The notes below the pieces were generated by a model. It did not search any database, was not told where the DNA came from, and saw only the letters and a list, made by a program, of their open reading frames with translations. A stretch of DNA of 64,000 bases, taken from the NCBI GenBank assembly GCA_040218735.1, contig JAVJQW010000050.1, forward strand, positions 192,001-256,000, written 5' to 3'. Position numbers and translations under genes: made by a program. Source of the DNA: Deltaproteobacteria bacterium. Lineage in GTDB: Bacteria > Myxococcota > Kuafuiibacteriia > Kuafuiibacteriales > Kuafuiibacteriaceae. Positions 60,413 through 64,000 of this stretch are shown piece by piece; the first letter of the stretch is position 1, and every line of letters begins with the position of its first letter.

Positions 60413-62611
60413 TCACTTGAAGCGTACGGTCGCTCCCAGGTACGCCCACCACGAGCTCGCCGGAATCTGGCGCTCACCGTACGCGCGCCAGACGGGCAGT
60501 TTTTTGTCGATCGGCACCGCGACAGTCGCCGCGAGCGCGATCTTGTCGTCCAGCAACCGGTACGTGGCGTTGCCGCGCAGCTCGTGGTGCGCGGGGCGGA
60601 CGTACTGGAAGACGAAGGACTCGAATTGGAAGCGTGAGTTGTTGCGACTCTCGCTCATGTACGCGTGCGACAGCCCCACGGTGAGCGGCGTCCACGGCCG
60701 CATCACCAAAGAGGTGTTCACGCGCAGCTCCGGCAGATCGGTGAGGTGTCGGTTCGTGAACTTCAGATCGTTGAACTGCTCGTACCCGTCGAGGCCCTCC
60801 CCCGTCTGGCGACGGTAGGCGTAGCTCACGTTGGTCTCGAGGTAGTTGTCCGCGTCGAGCAGCAGACGAATCTCACCCTCCGCACCGAAGATTTCCTGAC
60901 CCGGGAAGTTCTCGACGTCTCGGAAGTTCAGGTTCGACGTGGGGTCCGGCGCGATGACGTCGTTGGTCACCGTGTAGAACGACGCGACGCGCAGCTGCAC
61001 ACGATCGTGCGGCCGCCAGTCGACACCGAGCTCGACCGCGTTCGTGACCTCGGGCCTCAGATCTTCGTCACCGCGAACGCGGTACCCCGTCGGAGTCAGC
61101 GACGTGTAGTCGTACAGCTCCGCGAACGTCGGCGCGCGGAACGCTCGGCCGTAGAGCGCCTTGAGCGTGAACCGCTCGTGCGGCGCCCAGATCAGCGCGA
61201 TGCGCGGGTTCAGTGAGCTGCCGAAGTCGCTGTATGCGTCGAACCGAAGGCCCGCCGTCAGCCACAACGCATCGAGGAGCGCGACCTCGGCCTGCACGAG
61301 CGGCGCCACCAACGTACGCGTCGCTCCGCGCTGCTCCAACGGGAGCCCGTCGTGGTTGGCGAAGGTGTCGCGACTTCCGTCGGTCGCGAAGTTCTGTCCG
61401 TACGTGAAGCTCGGCAACCAGTCGTGCTCGACCTGGAAGCCGGCGAGCAGCCGCAGGCGATTCACGACGCTCCCCTGGTACTCGCGCGTGAACACCAGGT
61501 GGGAACGCGCCGCCAACCGCATGGCTTCGTACTCGCGACGCCGAATCTTGCCGTCCGCGTAGCGTTCGATCGCCGACACCTCGCCGTCGCCGTTGGCGTC
61601 GAAGAAGTACCCGTCGGGCTGATCTTGGATCCGCTCGTCGACGAGCTGCACGTCGTAGCTCAGGCGTGTTCGGAGCTCGACGTCGTCCGCGATGTCGATG
61701 TCGTGCGCGACGTAGCTCGATGAGATCATCCGCTGCACGTTCGACTCCGGCGTGAGCGTCGCCGACGCGCCGAAGTACGGGCCGTGCCGATCGAGCACGA
61801 ACACCGAACCCAGCTGCACCGTGTCCGCGTCCGCGAACACGCCCGTGCGACTGGCCACGATCTGCGCGAGCCCCGTGGCGAGCGGGAGCGAAGTCATACC
61901 GGGCGTCGCGCCGTACGGTCGGCCCGACGCCGCGTCCTCTTCGACCTTCACCTTCGGACCCGTCGACTCCCGGTACTGACCGAACGTCGAGAGCCGCCAC
62001 TGTCCGCGCCGCGCGCGATATTCGAGGCCGATTCGACCGCCGTACCCGAGCTCGTCGTCGACGTTGGCGTCACCCGCGGCGGTGAGCACACCGACGCTCC
62101 CCTCGTCCGGCGCGCCGCGCGTGACGATGGAGATGACCGCGGAGAAGGCGTTGGTTCCGTAGAGCGCCGAGCCCGGGCCACGGATGACCTCGATGCGCTC
62201 GACATTGGCGAGCAACAGCCGCGGGACGAAGTGTCCGTCGTAGAAGTCGTTGAGGGGCTGACCGTCGAGGGTGACGAGGATGTTGGCTTTGTTCTGAACG
62301 CCGCGGACGGCGACGATCAGATCGCCGAACTGGTCGTCGAGCACGGTCATGCCCGGAACGAGGCGGAGCGCATCGGCGAGGGTGAGGAGACCGAGCTGCT
62401 CGATCTGCTGGGCCGTAATCACGGACATCGTGGACGGCGCACGATCGATCGAGCGCTCGCCGAGGGTCGCCGAGGTGACGCGCACCGAGGTGAGCTCCTC
62501 CAACGACAGGTCCATGAGGTCGTTCACCTCGTCATCCAGGGATTGCGGATCGCCGGCGCCCGCCAGCGCCCATGCGATGGCGAGCAACGGCATGGCTTGC
62601 ACCGTCCTCAT
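60413..62611 (-). CDS. TonB-dependent receptor (DLSLEEL-type N-terminus)
   Basis: DLMDLSLEELTSVRVTSA, VERIEVIRGPGSALYGTNAFSAVISIVT, GLRFDAYSDFG..NPR, FRAPTFAELY, DLRPE, terminal VRFK; ATGA coupling to the kinase. Confidence 0.93.
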   Translation of the reverse strand: MRTVQAMPLLAIAWALAGAGDPQSLDDEVNDLMDLSLEELTSVRVTSATLGERSIDRAPSTMSVITAQQIEQLGLLTLADALRLVPGMTVLDDQFGDLIVAVRGVQNKANILVTLDGQPLNDFYDGHFVPRLLLANVERIEVIRGPGSALYGTNAFSAVISIVTRGAPDEGSVGVLTAAGDANVDDELGYGGRIGLEYRARRGQWRLSTFGQYRESTGPKVKVEEDAASGRPYGATPGMTSLPLATGLAQIVASRTGVFADADTVQLGSVFVLDRHGPYFGASATLTPESNVQRMISSSYVAHDIDIADDVELRTRLSYDVQLVDERIQDQPDGYFFDANGDGEVSAIERYADGKIRRREYEAMRLAARSHLVFTREYQGSVVNRLRLLAGFQVEHDWLPSFTYGQNFATDGSRDTFANHDGLPLEQRGATRTLVAPLVQAEVALLDALWLTAGLRFDAYSDFGSSLNPRIALIWAPHERFTLKALYGRAFRAPTFAELYDYTSLTPTGYRVRGDEDLRPEVTNAVELGVDWRPHDRVQLRVASFYTVTNDVIAPDPTSNLNFRDVENFPGQEIFGAEGEIRLLLDADNYLETNVSYAYRRQTGEGLDGYEQFNDLKFTNRHLTDLPELRVNTSLVMRPWTPLTVGLSHAYMSESRNNSRFQFESFVFQYVRPAHHELRGNATYRLLDDKIALAATVAVPIDKKLPVWRAYGERQIPASSWWAYLGATVRFK

Positions 62612-64000
62612 GACGCTGCCCTCCTCGTTGCCTCGTGTGCCGCCTCCGCGATGCGCGTGAGCGTCTCCAGGAGCGCTGCGCGGTCGATCGGCTTCGAGAG
62701 GTAGTCATCCATGCCCGCGTCGATGCAGCGGCCACGATCTTCAGGCAGCGCTTCGGCGGTTAGCGCGACGATCGGGATCGAGGCCCGGTCGTCTTCGAGC
62801 GCGCGGATGGCCGCGGTCGCTTCGTACCCGTCCATCTGCGGCATCTGGCAGTCCATCAACACCAGGTCGTACGCGCCGACCTGCACCGCCTCGACGGCGA
62901 GCCGCCCGTTGTCGACGACGACACACACACAGTCGATCGCCTCCAACATCCGCAGAGCGACCTGCTGGTTGACCTTGTTGTCCTCCGCGACGAGCACCGA
63001 GACCTGACGCCCGCCGTCGATCCGCGGGACCGTCGCCACGCGCGGCCCCGCGGCGATCTCGCCGGTGGGCTCCGCGACAAGAGCATCCGCCACATCACGG
63101 CGACGCGGCGGCGCGACTACGGTGCTCTGCGCCCACGGCCGCTTCGCGACGCTCTCTCCGAGGCGCACCAACGGCACCCACCGCACCGCTTCGAGGTCGG
63201 GGTCCGACGCGATTCGCGCGTCGAGCGCGGCGAATCCGCCGACGGCCGTCGGCGCCACGAACACCGCGCGCGGCGTCGCTACGCCTTCGTCGAGCCACGA
63301 ACGCAGCGCATCCAGGTCACCGAAGCCGACGGCTTCGCAGCCGAGCGAGATGAGATCGTCGAGCAGCGCCTTGCGTGCGACGGCGTTGTCGTCGAGCACC
63401 GCTGCCCACCCGGACCGCAGCGCGCGCATCCCCGTGCTCGACTCGAGAGAGCCCTCCGCCATCGGGAGCTCGACGATGAAGCGGGACCCCTCACCGACGT
63501 TCGACTCGACATCGATGCTCCCGCCGAGGCCCTCGGTGAGCTTCTTGGTGATGGCGAGCCCCAGCCCCGTGCCGCCGAAGCGGCGCGTGTTGGACACGTC
63601 GACCTGCGTGAACGCCGAGAACAGCGCTTCGATCCGGTCCTCGGGGATGCCGATTCCGGTGTCTTCGACGATGAATCGCATCGAACGGCCGTCCGACGCG
63701 CGCTCGACCGCGAGGAGGACGTGGCCTTCATGCGTGAACTTGATCGCGTTGCCGACGAGGTTGATCAGGATTTGACGCAGACGCGTTGGGTCCCCGACCA
63801 GCCCCTCCGGCACCGACGGATCGATCGAGACGATCAGTCGAATGTCTGCTTCCTGAGCACGCGTGATCACCACGTCGCGCACCGCTTCGATCGAAGCGCG
63901 CACGTCGAACGCGATGCTCTCGAAGACCATGCGCCCGGCGTCGATCTTCGAGAAGTCGAGCACGTCGTTGACGACCGTGAGGAGGAGCTCGGCCGACTGC
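62608..64000 (-). CDS. Hybrid histidine kinase (HisKA-HATPase-degenerate REC-REC); 5' end outside the window
   Basis: Open to the window edge ([19 protein letters not shown]); [42 protein letters not shown]. Confidence 0.92.
   Translation of the reverse strand, partial: QSAELLLTVVNDVLDFSKIDAGRMVFESIAFDVRASIEAVRDVVITRAQEADIRLIVSIDPSVPEGLVGDPTRLRQILINLVGNAIKFTHEGHVLLAVERASDGRSMRFIVEDTGIGIPEDRIEALFSAFTQVDVSNTRRFGGTGLGLAITKKLTEGLGGSIDVESNVGEGSRFIVELPMAEGSLESSTGMRALRSGWAAVLDDNAVARKALLDDLISLGCEAVGFGDLDALRSWLDEGVATPRAVFVAPTAVGGFAALDARIASDPDLEAVRWVPLVRLGESVAKRPWAQSTVVAPPRRRDVADALVAEPTGEIAAGPRVATVPRIDGGRQVSVLVAEDNKVNQQVALRMLEAIDCVCVVVDNGRLAVEAVQVGAYDLVLMDCQMPQMDGYEATAAIRALEDDRASIPIVALTAEALPEDRGRCIDAGMDDYLSKPIDRAALLETLTRIAEAAHEATRRAAS

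Overview
GC-rich bacterial chromosomal window, most consistent with Myxococcota: it has an aglRQS gliding motor, a MYXO-CTERM-tailed protein, Cys-rich lipoproteins, Ser/Thr kinases and a giant TPR protein. About 45 genuine CDS are densely packed; most other ORFs in the track are antisense or off-frame shadows. In order: a partial giant TPR protein; M28 peptidase, metallophosphoesterase, ROK kinase and ASH-domain lipoprotein; hybrid His kinase and STK/AAA/GAF/His kinase; RlmD-family methyltransferase and MoaD-MoaE fusion; Cys-rich lipoprotein, heterodimeric ABC exporter and unknown protein; STK; CHASE hybrid kinase; multiheme cytochrome, archease and rtcB; orphan ftsE; large Ig/Cys-repeat lipoprotein; a Vibrio TonB2-type (ttpB-ttpC-exbB-exbD-tonB-ttpD) operon followed by a TonB-dependent receptor, a triple-fasciclin lipoprotein and an 85-aa lipoprotein resembling a TonB box/plug N-terminus; an OmpR-type two-component pair; PilT-like ATPase; beta-propeller lipoprotein; aglRQS; STK; a small zinc-finger protein; and a His kinase / TonB receptor / stand-alone 5'-nucleotidase C-domain unit. 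I recognised no rRNA, tRNA, CRISPR array or mobile element. The best candidates for undescribed systems are the Ttp/TonB locus with its plug-mimic lipoprotein (38-51 kb) and the kinase-receptor-nucleotide-binding lipoprotein unit (59-64 kb). All calls come from reading motifs by eye; no database search was run.
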